Below are positions 18,003-27,863 of a DNA stretch of 52,828 nt, one piece after another (position 1 is the stretch's first letter; each line of letters starts with the position of its first letter). Under the pieces are notes generated by a model. It had not been told where the DNA came from, made no database searches, and saw only the letters and a list, made by a program, of their open reading frames with translations. Where the stretch lies: IMG/VR virus record IMGVR_UViG_3300046718_001019, positions 1 to 52,828 of that record. One strand, 5' to 3'. The stretch comes from a virus. Lineage: Duplodnaviria; Caudoviricetes. Position numbers and translations under genes: made by a program.

Positions 18003-19622
18003 ATGCCCGCCACCGTAGACGACTACGACAAGAACGATGAAGACAAGGGCGACCTCTCCGACATCGGCATGACGCCCGCGCAGTCGGAAGGTGTCGGCTC
18101 TGCGACCGGGGCGCCGAAGCAGGCCACGCCGGAGAAGCAGCAGAGCGACGGCTATGTCCCGTGGTCCTCGTTCGTCGATGCGAACAAGGACGTCAGCGAT
18201 CGCGAGGCCGGGAAGCTCGCCGGGCAGGTCCAGGGCGACGTCTCGAAGGCTCAGGGAGACCTTGCCAGCGCGCAGGCAGGGTACGACGCCGGCAACGCGG
18301 GCAACTACTCCAGCGGCAAGAAGCAGGCGCCCAACACGGTCGGCACCGCGATGTCTTCCGAGGACGCGTTCCCGACCCAGGAGCCGGCCGGCAAGACGTC
18401 TAAGCCCAGCAGCTCGGAGAATCCCCAGGCTGGCGGGTCCACCGGGTACGGGCCGAGCCCCAGCTCCACCACCGCGGCGGCACCGACCGGGCGCACTCCG
18501 ACGGCCACCTACAGCGAGCCCACCGGGCCCCGCCAGGCGCTCAACGGCGCCCTCCCGCCAAACGGCGCGGTTCCTCCCCCGCCCAACGCCGGGCCTGGGG
18601 GCCGCGCGCCGGCGCAGGGCTACACGCCCCCGTCCAATTTCACCCCTCCCCCGTCGAACACGCAGCAGACGGGCGGGGCGGCCGCTCCGTGGTCAACCCT
18701 GGGGCACCAGGCCGCGTCTCTGGCGCCCAACGCCGCGGCGGCCGGCCCGACCATGGCCGCGAAGACGACGCCGACCGCGGGTGTTCCGGGCGTGCTCGAG
18801 CAGTACGGGCGTAGTCAGGCGCTGGCCCCCGGCGCGGCGAACAAGGCCGCCAACGGCCCGAAGGACCTCGAGCAGAGTCTGGGTGAGGCGAAGTGGAACA
18901 GCCTGCTCGGCGAGACGACGAAGGCTCAGCAGGAGGCCAACGCGCTCGGCAGCGAGAGCGGCGTGCAGGGACTGCTACAGCAGGGCCAGTCGAGCCCGGA
19001 GCAGAACACCGCCTTCGACGCGGCGCTTATCAACGGCCAGGGCGGGCCGCAGTTCCGCGACCTCGCGCAGAAGTACGGCGGCAACCAGCTCGAGCAGGGT
19101 GTCGTCAATGCGGACCAGAAGGCGCAGGACGCGTGGAAGCAGCTGCAGGGCGACGTCGACGCGCGCGCGGCGTGGGATGCGTCTGCGCAGAAGGCGCCCA
19201 GCGCCGCTGGCACCGTTTCACAGCTGGCCCCCGTGGGTGCAACCATGGCTGCTGCGCCGACCGACCCGAACGCCGCTAACGACGGGTTCGACCTCGCGAC
19301 GCAGAAGTACGGCGAAGAGCGCTCGAAGAGCGGCGGAAACCCCACCTATTCCGAGGGATCGAACAACACCGGATACGGAAATACGGGGTGGGGCTTCTTC
19401 TCATCCCCCAGTGGTGGAATGGGCTCCACGGAGACGATCAACGTCGGAGGACTGCCCGGCAAAAACGGCGGCTACGATTGGAACAGCTGGTTCGGTGGCG
19501 CCGACACTGGCGGAAAGTCCCCTGAGGACATGGGGCTCACGTCGGCCGAGATCTGGAGTCTCTCACTCATGACGCCCGCCGACCGTGCTGCATGGCTCAC
19601 GAAGCACAACAAGAAAGGCTGA
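18003..19622 (+). CDS. Putative internal virion/ejection protein
   Basis: Low-complexity P/A/G/Q-rich 539 aa between tail genes and portal. Confidence 0.6.
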   Translation: MPATVDDYDKNDEDKGDLSDIGMTPAQSEGVGSATGAPKQATPEKQQSDGYVPWSSFVDANKDVSDREAGKLAGQVQGDVSKAQGDLASAQAGYDAGNAGNYSSGKKQAPNTVGTAMSSEDAFPTQEPAGKTSKPSSSENPQAGGSTGYGPSPSSTTAAAPTGRTPTATYSEPTGPRQALNGALPPNGAVPPPPNAGPGGRAPAQGYTPPSNFTPPPSNTQQTGGAAAPWSTLGHQAASLAPNAAAAGPTMAAKTTPTAGVPGVLEQYGRSQALAPGAANKAANGPKDLEQSLGEAKWNSLLGETTKAQQEANALGSESGVQGLLQQGQSSPEQNTAFDAALINGQGGPQFRDLAQKYGGNQLEQGVVNADQKAQDAWKQLQGDVDARAAWDASAQKAPSAAGTVSQLAPVGATMAAAPTDPNAANDGFDLATQKYGEERSKSGGNPTYSEGSNNTGYGNTGWGFFSSPSGGMGSTETINVGGLPGKNGGYDWNSWFGGADTGGKSPEDMGLTSAEIWSLSLMTPADRAAWLTKHNKKG

Positions 19623-19625
19623 ACC

Positions 19626-20663
19626 ATGGCCGACGAAACTGACAACCTCGACCCGCTGATCGCAGACCTCGCGAAGTACGGGATCGGCGGAGCTGGCGCC
19701 ATCGGAGCGAACGCCATCACACAGCAGGCTTACCAAGCGGCCATCAAGAACCTGCAGGACCGGTTCGGCGACTACCAGAAGGTCGGGACGCCCAGCTACA
19801 AGGACATCGCCCCCGAGCGGCTCGGCGCCTCCGCGCTGACGAAGATTGCCCCCGACGTCGGCTCTCGCGTCGACCAGCAGGCCGCGGAGGCCGCGCTGCA
19901 GAACATCACCAACAGCGGCGGGCTCAACCTCTCCGACCGGGCCGCGCTGAACGACCAGGAGAGCATCCTCTCGCGCAACAACGCCGCGCGGGAGAAGTCG
20001 CTCGCGAACCAGTACGCGGCGCGCGGTCAGCTCGGCTCAGGTGCGCAGCTCTCGATGGACCTCGCCAACCAGCAGAACGCGGCAGAGAACGCGAACAAGC
20101 ACGGCGAGTCCATCGCGGCCCAGGCGCAGCAGCGCGCGATGCAGGCCATTCTCAGCAAGGCCGGCATCGCCCGGAACATGTCGCAGGACGACTACGCGCG
20201 CGCGCGCGCGGCGGCCGAGGCCACCGACTCCATCAACCGCTACAACGCCTCGATGGGCACCGAGGCCCAGGGCGCGAACAACCGGCTCCGCGAGCAGGGG
20301 TACAACGACCAGCTGCGGAAGCTGCAGGGCGAGACGGGCCTCACCGACTCGTTGAACAACGCGCTCCTCGGCTCCGGCAAGGCAAATGCGAACACCATCG
20401 CGGGTGCATCGTACGGCGGCGCTGGTCTCACAGGCGATGTCCTCACTGCCGCGGCGAAGGTGGCCAAGAAGGCCGGAGGCAGCGGGGGAGGCGGAGACAA
20501 CAGCAACAACAACGGCTCCGACAACCAGACCACCGAGCAGACGCAGAACGACCCGGCGAACCTCACCGGGGGCCACGCCGACACCGAGGATCCGACGACT
20601 GCGGGTGGAACTGGTGTCCCGCCCGAGGAACTGGACCAGTGGAACTCGCTGTCCGGAGGGTGA
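19626..20663 (+). CDS. Putative DNA ejection (pilot) protein
   Basis: A/Q/N-rich helical; AARGQLGSG motif; Gly-rich N-terminus. Confidence 0.65.
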   Translation: MADETDNLDPLIADLAKYGIGGAGAIGANAITQQAYQAAIKNLQDRFGDYQKVGTPSYKDIAPERLGASALTKIAPDVGSRVDQQAAEAALQNITNSGGLNLSDRAALNDQESILSRNNAAREKSLANQYAARGQLGSGAQLSMDLANQQNAAENANKHGESIAAQAQQRAMQAILSKAGIARNMSQDDYARARAAAEATDSINRYNASMGTEAQGANNRLREQGYNDQLRKLQGETGLTDSLNNALLGSGKANANTIAGASYGGAGLTGDVLTAAAKVAKKAGGSGGGGDNSNNNGSDNQTTEQTQNDPANLTGGHADTEDPTTAGGTGVPPEELDQWNSLSGG

Positions 20664-20665
20664 CC

Positions 20666-22504
20666 ATGACGAACGCAGACGACGTGCTGAAGCGGTTCGA
20701 TGAAATCGCCGCCCAGTGGGAGAAGGAAGACCCCGGTGCGACGGACGTCGAGACACCGCCGACTGGGGCCGGCCTCGACCTCTCCGCCGGCGGCGCCGAC
20801 TCGCCCGAGGGGCAGCTCAAGGACGCGTTCGAGCGCGCCGGCAAGGCGCCATCGGAAGAGGCGCCCGAGCCCGTGAGCCCCGAGGGCGTGCACGGCAATG
20901 AGAACGTCGCGCCGCCGCAGGTGGAGGCCTCCGATGCTCGGAACGCGGAGCCCACCGAGCCCTGGGCGAACCTCGCACATCGTCTCAAGCAGTCCGAGAG
21001 CCCGGCGGCGCCGGCCGTCGACCCGCTGCTGGAGAAGATGCGCGCGGTGGGCTGGGCTCCGAAGGAGAAGCCGAAGGCGGACTGGGGCAAGCTCCAGGCG
21101 GACCTCGCGAACGCCGAGCATGGTGCCGACACGATGAAGAACGTCGGCGCGATGTTGCATGCGGCCGCGCCAGGCTTTGAAGCTCCGGCCGGGGCCGGCC
21201 AGGGCGCCGTCAACGCCGCGAAGGCCGCGCTCAAACTGCCGCGCGAGCAGCAGGTCGTCGAGAACTCCCAGGCAGGGGAAGCACGTGCCGAGCAGGCCTT
21301 GGCCGAGAAGGCCAAGACCGACGCCGAGCACAAGGCGAAGACCGAGGCAGACCTCACCGCGGAGAACGCCTCGCTCGAGCAGGAGCGCGCCATCGCCGCG
21401 AAGGACCCTCGCCTCATGAAGCTCGGCATCACCCCCGACGCCGTCTCCAAGCTCGACCGCAAGGGCCTGGCCGAGCTGAATACGCGCCTGTCCGCGCTGC
21501 CTGCGGCCGCGGCCCAGGCTGCGAAGGAGAAATCGGACGAGGAGAAGAAGGTCGACGCTGAGACTCTGCGCACGGTCGACACCGAGTCACTCGGCGCCGC
21601 GAAGCAGCTGTGGCTGAAGACGTCGCCATACGCGAAGGAGCACGCGCTCACCCCGGGAGACCTGGCCGACATCAAGTCGCGCAAGGACTGGGAGGACTTC
21701 CTCAAAGACATCAAGCCGTCGGGCAAGGCGAAGGCGGCCGGCGGAGGGCCCGCGAAGGAATACAAGACGCTCGACGACATCTCGGATCGGGGAATGCGCG
21801 CCATGGTGAGCTCGGCGATGGCCGGCTACCCCATCCCCAGCGGAATCGACCGCAAGACCAAGACGCGCGTTCTGGAGTTGGTGTCGCAGCTCAAGGACGA
21901 CTACGACCCGACGGCCGGCGAGCGCTACGCCAAGGTCGCGGCGGAGCTCGCAGGCGACCCGAAGATTCAGAACGCCGTCAACGGCAAGAAGCACTTCACG
22001 CGCGCGCTCGAGAACATGCCGGCGACGTTCGACCAGCAGTCCGTCAACCGCGTGGCCAACGCCATTCAGCACGGCAGCGGCGGCGCGGGGCTCTCGCAGT
22101 ACGAGTCAGACATCGCCGTCGGCGCCGGCGAGATGGCGAAGGGCCTCGCCGAGAACGACCAGCACGGCAAGGACGCGCTCAAGAAGCTGCTGGACCCGGA
22201 GCAGTCGCCCGAGCAGATGCGAAAGCACCTGCAGGAGCTCATCTTCCTTCAGGACGAGAACCTGGACACCCGCCTGGAGCAGTTCCACGCGGTCGCTCCG
22301 AAGGGCGCGAAGGTGCCAGGGCTGCTCGCCAACTTCGAGGCAGAGAAGAACGCGAAAGCGGCGGGGCCGGCGAAGCCCGCAACCAACCCGGACGAGATGG
22401 TCTCGCTGCAGTCGAGGGACGGAAAGAGAAAGAAGACGATGAAGCGGGCGGCGGCGGAGGCAATCGTTGCCGCGCCTGGCGGTGACGCCTACGAGGTGAA
22501 GTGA
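20666..22504 (+). CDS. Putative internal virion protein
   Basis: GGAGG RBS; A/E/K-rich helical. Confidence 0.6.
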   Translation: MTNADDVLKRFDEIAAQWEKEDPGATDVETPPTGAGLDLSAGGADSPEGQLKDAFERAGKAPSEEAPEPVSPEGVHGNENVAPPQVEASDARNAEPTEPWANLAHRLKQSESPAAPAVDPLLEKMRAVGWAPKEKPKADWGKLQADLANAEHGADTMKNVGAMLHAAAPGFEAPAGAGQGAVNAAKAALKLPREQQVVENSQAGEARAEQALAEKAKTDAEHKAKTEADLTAENASLEQERAIAAKDPRLMKLGITPDAVSKLDRKGLAELNTRLSALPAAAAQAAKEKSDEEKKVDAETLRTVDTESLGAAKQLWLKTSPYAKEHALTPGDLADIKSRKDWEDFLKDIKPSGKAKAAGGGPAKEYKTLDDISDRGMRAMVSSAMAGYPIPSGIDRKTKTRVLELVSQLKDDYDPTAGERYAKVAAELAGDPKIQNAVNGKKHFTRALENMPATFDQQSVNRVANAIQHGSGGAGLSQYESDIAVGAGEMAKGLAENDQHGKDALKKLLDPEQSPEQMRKHLQELIFLQDENLDTRLEQFHAVAPKGAKVPGLLANFEAEKNAKAAGPAKPATNPDEMVSLQSRDGKRKKTMKRAAAEAIVAAPGGDAYEVK

Positions 22505-22506
22505 GC

Positions 22507-24405
22507 ATGGCCAAGAGCGCAGACGAGATGTTCGACGAGGCGCCCACCGCGGACGCGCTCTTCGACAAGACCGAGGATGTCGGCCAGAAGCTCACCGATG
22601 TTGGCGGCGTGAAGCGGCTCGAGCTGCACAAGGTCGCCAAGGCCGATCCCGAGGCCATCACGCCAGAGGAGAGCACCAAGGCCGACGCGCTCGCGAAGAC
22701 GCCGGCGGCTGCATTGCCGAAGTCGGAGACGGAGATTCCTCGGACCGCGAAAGAGATGAGCGATGGCGAGTTGCTCAAGGCCATCAAGGATGCGGCGAAC
22801 CCGCACACCGCGACCGGCGCTCTGGTGCACGGTGGGGCCAAGGGCCAGTCGATGGGCTTCGCCGATGAACTCTACGGCAAGCTGGCCGGCGGGCTCGACG
22901 AGCGCGACCAGGACGCGAAGGTCGCCGAGATGACGGCCGATGCGAAGCGCCGCGGGGAGTTCGAGCCGAATCAAGCGCCAGACCTGCCGCAGTTCACCTC
23001 GTACCAGCTGAAGCGCGAAGGACAGCCCACCCAGACCGTTGTTCGGGAGATGAAGCATCCGAACGAGGCACAGGCGCTCCCGACGTCGGACGAGAGCTAT
23101 CGGGCGAACCGCGATGCGATGCGTGCGGATATGAAGACCGCGGAGAAGGAGCACCCGGGCACGTTCGCAGCCGGCGAGCTCGGCGGGTCCTTCCTGGTGC
23201 CGCTGCCGGGAACCGGCAAGGCCAAGGGGCTCGCGAAGGTCGGCAAGTACGCGCTCCAGGGCGCGGGCGTTGGCGCCGTGTCGGGGCTCGGCAACAGCGA
23301 GGCCGACGCGAGCAAGGGCGACGCGGGCGGCGCGCTGCTCGACACTGCGAAGAGCGGCCTCGGTGGCGCTGCTGTCGGCGGACTGTTGGGCTACGGCGCG
23401 TCGAAGCTCGACCCGGCTCTCGAGAAGATGGCTGCCAGGCGCGCGTTCAAGGCACTGGACCCATACATGTCGAAGCTCAAGGAGACGCTCGGGCCCGACG
23501 TGGTGGAAGGCAAGGTCCCCGTCTCGGACATGTACCGCGAGGTGGAGCGGCTGGGCGGGAAGATCCTCGACGAGAACATCATCCCCGAGGGTGTGGGCTC
23601 GCGCTGGGCGAACACCGAGAAGATCAACGAGAACGCGGTGAAGAAGCTCGAAGAGGCCGGCGTCCTCAAGGGCGCCGCGGTCGACCACGCCGCGGATGAG
23701 CTCGCGAAGCAGGGAAAGCTCACACCGGCCAGCATGGGGGCCCTGGCCACGAAGTTGGAGAACGAGGCCCATCAAGCGGGACTCGACGCCAATCAACCGC
23801 TCAAGCGGCAGCTCGAGGCTCGAGCGGCGGACATCCGCAAGACCATCGTCGACCGCGCCGAGGCGGGCTTCACGGACCCTGCCGCGATGTCACTCCAGGA
23901 GGCCGAGCGCCTCAAGACACGCCTGCAGAACCAGGTCGACTACGGCGCCCCGCTCGAGAACCGAACCGCAGACACCATCCAGGCGCGCCTTGCCAAGGAG
24001 CACCCGGAGAACATCATCGAGTCTCACCTCGGGCCCGACGAACTCGAGCACTTCAAGGCGCTGAAGGACCGCTACGGAGATCTCCGGGCCATCGCGGAGA
24101 TGTCCGGCCATGGCGCGCTCCGCAGCTTCCGAAACCAGTCCGGTAGCCTGGGCGCCAAGCACGCGGCCTCGGTGGCCGCACATGCCGCCGGTGGAGCGGC
24201 CGCGATTCCGCTCGCCGTGGCCGCGGGGGCTGGGCATGAGATCGCCAACCATCGAGGCTCAGCCGCGGTCGCCCGGACCCTTCGGAATGCTGCGCGCAAC
24301 AGCACCTTCTTGGCGCCGGCCGCGTCGGAAGGAAACCAGGAAGAGGCGGGCAAGGCGTGGCACTCGCTGACGGGCAGCAAGGACGACGAGGAGCAGCAGC
24401 CGTGA
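22507..24405 (+). CDS. Putative internal virion/ejection protein
   Basis: QSMGFADEL, EHPGTFAAGELGG and Gly/Ala membrane-like stretches typical of podovirus ejection proteins. Confidence 0.65.
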   Translation: MAKSADEMFDEAPTADALFDKTEDVGQKLTDVGGVKRLELHKVAKADPEAITPEESTKADALAKTPAAALPKSETEIPRTAKEMSDGELLKAIKDAANPHTATGALVHGGAKGQSMGFADELYGKLAGGLDERDQDAKVAEMTADAKRRGEFEPNQAPDLPQFTSYQLKREGQPTQTVVREMKHPNEAQALPTSDESYRANRDAMRADMKTAEKEHPGTFAAGELGGSFLVPLPGTGKAKGLAKVGKYALQGAGVGAVSGLGNSEADASKGDAGGALLDTAKSGLGGAAVGGLLGYGASKLDPALEKMAARRAFKALDPYMSKLKETLGPDVVEGKVPVSDMYREVERLGGKILDENIIPEGVGSRWANTEKINENAVKKLEEAGVLKGAAVDHAADELAKQGKLTPASMGALATKLENEAHQAGLDANQPLKRQLEARAADIRKTIVDRAEAGFTDPAAMSLQEAERLKTRLQNQVDYGAPLENRTADTIQARLAKEHPENIIESHLGPDELEHFKALKDRYGDLRAIAEMSGHGALRSFRNQSGSLGAKHAASVAAHAAGGAAAIPLAVAAGAGHEIANHRGSAAVARTLRNAARNSTFLAPAASEGNQEEAGKAWHSLTGSKDDEEQQP

Positions 24406-24587
24406 GCGTGATTCCCGACAAGAAGCCACGCGCTTTGAACGCCGGGGACGCGACGCCGCTCGAGAGCTTCATCTCGACGCAGGACCTCGAGCGGCAGATC
24501 CGCGAGGAGTTCGCGGCGAAGTTCGGGCCGGCGGGCGGCGCGCGATTCTCCACGGCATTCGAACAGCTTCTCAACGGAGGAAAGTGA
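24402..24587 (+). CDS. Small hypothetical protein
   Basis: GAGGAG RBS and GTGA coupling. Confidence 0.5.
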   Translation: MSVIPDKKPRALNAGDATPLESFISTQDLERQIREEFAAKFGPAGGARFSTAFEQLLNGGK

Positions 24588-24805
24588 TGCCCTGGACCGC
24601 AAAACAGAGAGGTCTCTTCCACGCTGAAGCAGCGAGGCACGTCCCCGGCATGGCGAAGCTGGCCGACGAAGCAGATCACTACGCGTCGATGGGCGAGGAG
24701 CTTCCCCCTGTCGGCGTCGGCGGAACCGCTGCGCACGAGATTCATCAGCGGCACGACGAGGAAGAAGACTCCGAGCCCTGGAGCAAGCTGTCCGGCACAG
24801 AGTAG
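24587..24805 (+). CDS. Small phage protein (MPWTAKQR...)
   Basis: GGAGG RBS; TGATG overlap. Confidence 0.6.
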   Translation: MPWTAKQRGLFHAEAARHVPGMAKLADEADHYASMGEELPPVGVGGTAAHEIHQRHDEEEDSEPWSKLSGTE

Positions 24806-24820
24806 AACGCGGCACCCGTC

Positions 24821-24868
24821 GTAGGCCCTGCGTGTACGGGCTCCCCAACCTGAGCAGCACCGAGGAGC
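24821..24868 (+). promoter_or_regulatory. Shared leader element, copy 1 (portal)
   Basis: GTAGGCCCTGCGTGTACGGGCTCCCC matches 30817-30842 at 25/26; its GGCTCC can pair with the GGAGCC RBS. Confidence 0.6.
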
Positions 24869-24871
24869 CAC

Positions 24872-27187
24872 ATGGCCGCGCCGCCGAACACCGCCAAAGA
24901 CCGCGCGTCACCGCGCGAGAACGTCTGGGCCATCAAGACGAAGGACGAGTTCGGCATCGCCATCACCGCGAAGCTGCAGGAGTGGAATTCGCCGCAGACG
25001 GGCGCGATGGCGCTGCATCAGGCGAATGTCTCGCTCGCGTATGCGCACCTCTACGGAATGGACGTTGAGGGTGTCGGCGCGAACGCGGCCGGCATCACCC
25101 GCAGCGGTGAGCAGGGCAGCATCGCCGAGATGCGAATCCCCGCGGCGGCCGGCGACCTGCGGAAAATCTGGAACATCATCGTCGGTCCCGAGCTGACGTG
25201 GAGCGCCATCGCCACCACCACCGACTACGCCTCCTCCGCGCAGGCCATCGTCGCGAAGAACGCGCTGCAGTACTACCTCGTGCAGAAGCTCGTCCTCGCG
25301 AAGGCGAAGAAGCAGGAACTGCAGTCACTCGCCTACGCCGAGGCAGCCATGCACATCCCCTGGAATGAGAACGAGGGCGAAGACGTCGGCGTCGAAGAGG
25401 TGAAGAACATCGCGACCGGCGAGCCCGTTCTCGACGACGACGGGGTTACTCCACTGCAGCACGTCGTGAAAACCGGCGACATCGACTACCGGCCTGTCTC
25501 CACGTGGGACATCATCCGAGACCCGACCGCGAAGTCCTTCGACGCATCGCGGTGGATCATCGTTCGCGAGTGGCAGGACCGCTACGACGTCGCCGCGCGC
25601 TGCAAGATGCGCGGAGACCTGGAGGGCGCAGAGGCCGCGCTCGTCGCCCCGTCACAGACGAGCGAGACGTGGCGCTCGTGGCGCCCCTTCAATCAGACAC
25701 AGCAGATGAACTCGGACTTCATCCCCGTCTACTACGGGTACCACTACCGCACGCCGGGCGTGCCCAAGGGCCTCGAGGCAGAGTTCCTCGAGTCAGGGCA
25801 CGTGATGCAGTTCGCCCCGCTGCGCAAGGCGTACCAGAAGCAGATCCCCGTGGTCCGCACTGCGCCGGACGAGTACGACGACACGCCTGTCCCGTTCTCG
25901 AAGTTCTGCTCCGTCCTCGGCATGGGTCAGGCGGCTGACGCGCTGATGCGCGACCTGCTCACCAACGCTACCGCGACAGCGGCCGGGCTCGTCAGCGTCG
26001 AGGACGACGCGAACATGGCCATCCCTCAGCTGGGTGGCGGGCCCAAGGTACTCGTGCGCCCCAAGGGCACGAAGGCGCCGGAAGCCATCAACCTTCAACA
26101 GGCGCACTCTGAGCACTTCAAGCTCGTCGGCACGTTGAGCGAGATGCGTCGCGGCATCCTCGGCCTCGACAGTGTCACCGCGGGGCAGGAGGTCCCGGCC
26201 GGGTGGTCGGGCGCGCTCGCGGCGCTGGTGACCTCGACATCAGTGCAGAACAACTCCCAGGAGCAGTCGAAGTGGTCGCAGTTCGTCCAGGCCATCGGCA
26301 ACGTCACGCTCGCGCACATCCAGAACCACATGCCCACGAAGCGGAAAATCGCTCTCGCCGGCAAGTCGCGCGCGGACCTGGTCGTCACCACCGAAATCAG
26401 CGGTCCCCAGGTCGCCGACATCGAGCGCGTGGAGTGCACGCTGGCTCCGGCCATTCAACAGACCGACGCCGGCAAGATGCAGATGGGTGAGACGGCACTG
26501 CAGCAGAAGTGGGCGAAGACGCCGCAGCAGCTCCAGGCGGTGTTCGACACCGGCCGGCTCGACGCGCTCACCGACGACATGTCGTCGGAGCTGATGCTGG
26601 TTCGCAATGAAAATGAGGCGCTCGCCAAGGGCCAGCAGGTCGCTGTCATGGCCCACGACGACCACGTGCTGCACATCCGCGACCACCGCTCCGTCGGCGC
26701 GAGCATCACCGCTCGGCAGGACAAGGGCGTGATGGATGCGCTCGCCGCGCATATGCAGGCGCATGTCGACGCGCTGAAGAACACCGACCCTCACCTACTC
26801 GAGCTCCTCGGCCAGCCGTCGTTCGCGCCGCCGCCGAACGCCGGGCCTCCGCCGCCGACCGACGCCGTGAAGCTCGGCATGGTCGACAAGGCCATGAAGC
26901 TCGGCGGAGCCCCCACTGCTCAGGCGGCCCAGCAGGTCTTCGAGGCGGGGAAGATCGACGCCGCCACAGGCATCGTCCCGCCGCGTCTGGGAGGCTTCGG
27001 GCAGCCCTCCCCGAACGCCTCGAACACCGCTCCGGTACCAGGCCAGACTGCGCCACAGCAGCAGTCCCAGGCTCAAGGCCCCCAGATGCCGACTAACCCC
27101 GCCACGGGGCAGCCTGCGGCGCCGGTGGCCGGTTCAATGCCTCCGGGTATGGCCATCAGGCCAGGTCTCGCCGCGGGGCAGAAATAG
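24872..27187 (+). CDS. Portal protein (P22-like)
   Basis: 771 aa; GDIDYRPVSTWDIIRDP, SGALAAL, AHDDHVLHIRDH, Q/P-rich tail; GAGGAG RBS. Confidence 0.8.
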   Translation: MAAPPNTAKDRASPRENVWAIKTKDEFGIAITAKLQEWNSPQTGAMALHQANVSLAYAHLYGMDVEGVGANAAGITRSGEQGSIAEMRIPAAAGDLRKIWNIIVGPELTWSAIATTTDYASSAQAIVAKNALQYYLVQKLVLAKAKKQELQSLAYAEAAMHIPWNENEGEDVGVEEVKNIATGEPVLDDDGVTPLQHVVKTGDIDYRPVSTWDIIRDPTAKSFDASRWIIVREWQDRYDVAARCKMRGDLEGAEAALVAPSQTSETWRSWRPFNQTQQMNSDFIPVYYGYHYRTPGVPKGLEAEFLESGHVMQFAPLRKAYQKQIPVVRTAPDEYDDTPVPFSKFCSVLGMGQAADALMRDLLTNATATAAGLVSVEDDANMAIPQLGGGPKVLVRPKGTKAPEAINLQQAHSEHFKLVGTLSEMRRGILGLDSVTAGQEVPAGWSGALAALVTSTSVQNNSQEQSKWSQFVQAIGNVTLAHIQNHMPTKRKIALAGKSRADLVVTTEISGPQVADIERVECTLAPAIQQTDAGKMQMGETALQQKWAKTPQQLQAVFDTGRLDALTDDMSSELMLVRNENEALAKGQQVAVMAHDDHVLHIRDHRSVGASITARQDKGVMDALAAHMQAHVDALKNTDPHLLELLGQPSFAPPPNAGPPPPTDAVKLGMVDKAMKLGGAPTAQAAQQVFEAGKIDAATGIVPPRLGGFGQPSPNASNTAPVPGQTAPQQQSQAQGPQMPTNPATGQPAAPVAGSMPPGMAIRPGLAAGQK

Positions 27188-27221
27188 ACGGCGGGCCCAC
27201 TGCTGAGCTACGAAGGATCTC

Positions 27222-27281
27222 GGCGAGCCGCAGTCGGCCTGTTCTCTTGCAAAAAGCCGGGCCGACGACTCCTTGTTCGCC
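27222..27281 (+). ncRNA. Y RNA unit 1 (minimal, 60 nt)
   Basis: GGCGAGCCG...CTTGTTCGCC bulged-C closing helix; inner 9-bp stem GTCGGCCTG/CGGGCCGAC; apical CTTGCAA. Confidence 0.75.
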
Positions 27282-27308
27282 ATTCCTCAGCGCGCTACGG
27301 TGCTTCGC

Positions 27309-27431
27309 GGCGAGCCGATGTGACTCCCTTACCATCTCAAGGAAGCGAACGCGGGTTCGACTCCCGCTCGGCGCCCCCGGTGCCGATCGTCTAACGGTAG
27401 GACAGCTATGGGATCACGCCTCTTGTTCGCC
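27309..27431 (+). ncRNA. yrlA: Y RNA unit 2, YrlA-like with permuted tRNA domain
   Basis: Closing helix plus T arm GCGGG-TTCGACT-CCCGC, loop-closed acceptor-like stem TCGGCGC/GTGCCGA, then D arm GTCTAACGGTAGGAC. Confidence 0.88.
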
Positions 27432-27458
27432 AACACTTCTTCGCTGTACGGTCTCTTC

Positions 27459-27584
27459 GTCGAGCCGCAGCGTTCTCTTCTCTTGGTGTCGTTGGTTCAA
27501 ATCCAACCCGCAGCGGAAGTCTCCTGCGGTAGCTCAGTCTGGTAGAGCGAAAGACAAAACTGGGAGCGCGTCCCCTTGTTCGAC
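27459..27584 (+). ncRNA. yrlA: Y RNA unit 3, YrlA-like with permuted tRNA domain
   Basis: Compensatory closing helix GTCGAGCCG/CTTGTTCGAC; T arm GTTGG-TTCAAAT-CCAAC; CCGCAG/CTGCGG stem; D arm TAGCTCAGTCTGGTAGAGC. Confidence 0.9.
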
Positions 27585-27611
27585 AAGTTCCCGTCGCGGT
27601 ACGTTCTCCGC

Positions 27612-27702
27612 GGCGAGCCGAATCGGTTCCGTTCTCATGCCTCGGCGTGAAGGTGGTTTGGAGTTGTTCCACTGAAACGCGGAGCCGGGTCTCTTGTTCG
27701 CC
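27612..27702 (+). ncRNA. Y RNA unit 4 (two-hairpin domain, not tRNA-like)
   Basis: Closing helix, CGGTTCCG/CGGAGCCG stem, hairpins TCATGC-CTCG-GCGTGA and GGTGG-N12-CCACT. Confidence 0.78.
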
Positions 27703-27730
27703 ATGTCCTGCCTGACATAGGGTCCGCCTC

Positions 27731-27836
27731 GGCGAGCCGACGCAGGTCCGTTCTCTCTCGCAAAGAGCCCGAAGGCCGTTCGACTCGGCCGCTGCCCTGG
27801 TGGCAGGGTTACCCGGATCCGCAAACCTTGTTCGCC
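27731..27836 (+). ncRNA. Y RNA unit 5 (anticodon-like arm plus T arm, no D arm)
   Basis: Closing helix; CTCT-CTCGCAA-AGAG; T arm GGCCG-TTCGACT-CGGCC; CTGCC/GGCAG hairpin. Confidence 0.82.
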
Positions 27837-27863
27837 ATGCTCCGCCTCGTGTAAAAACGAGAG

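Larger units (their letters stand above)
27185..27857 (+). promoter_or_regulatory. Six repeated sigma70-like promoters, one per Y-RNA unit
   Basis: -35/-10 pairs: TAGACG 27185 / TACGAA 27209; TTGTTC 27273 / TACGGT 27296; TTGTTC 27423 / TACGGT 27447; TTGTTC 27576 / TACGTT 27600; TTGTTC 27694 / TAGGGT 27718; TTGTTC 27828 / TAAAAA 27852. Spacers 17-18 bp; each RNA starts 6-7 nt after its -10. Confidence 0.65.

Noticed and set aside
27340-27550. Ordinary tRNA genes
   Set aside because: Arms are in T, acceptor, D order with a loop-closed acceptor and no anticodon arm, which is YrlA-type mimicry.
27247-27675. 142-aa plus-strand ORF over the RNA array
   Set aside because: TTG start without RBS, atypical codons, and it overlaps well-supported structured RNAs.
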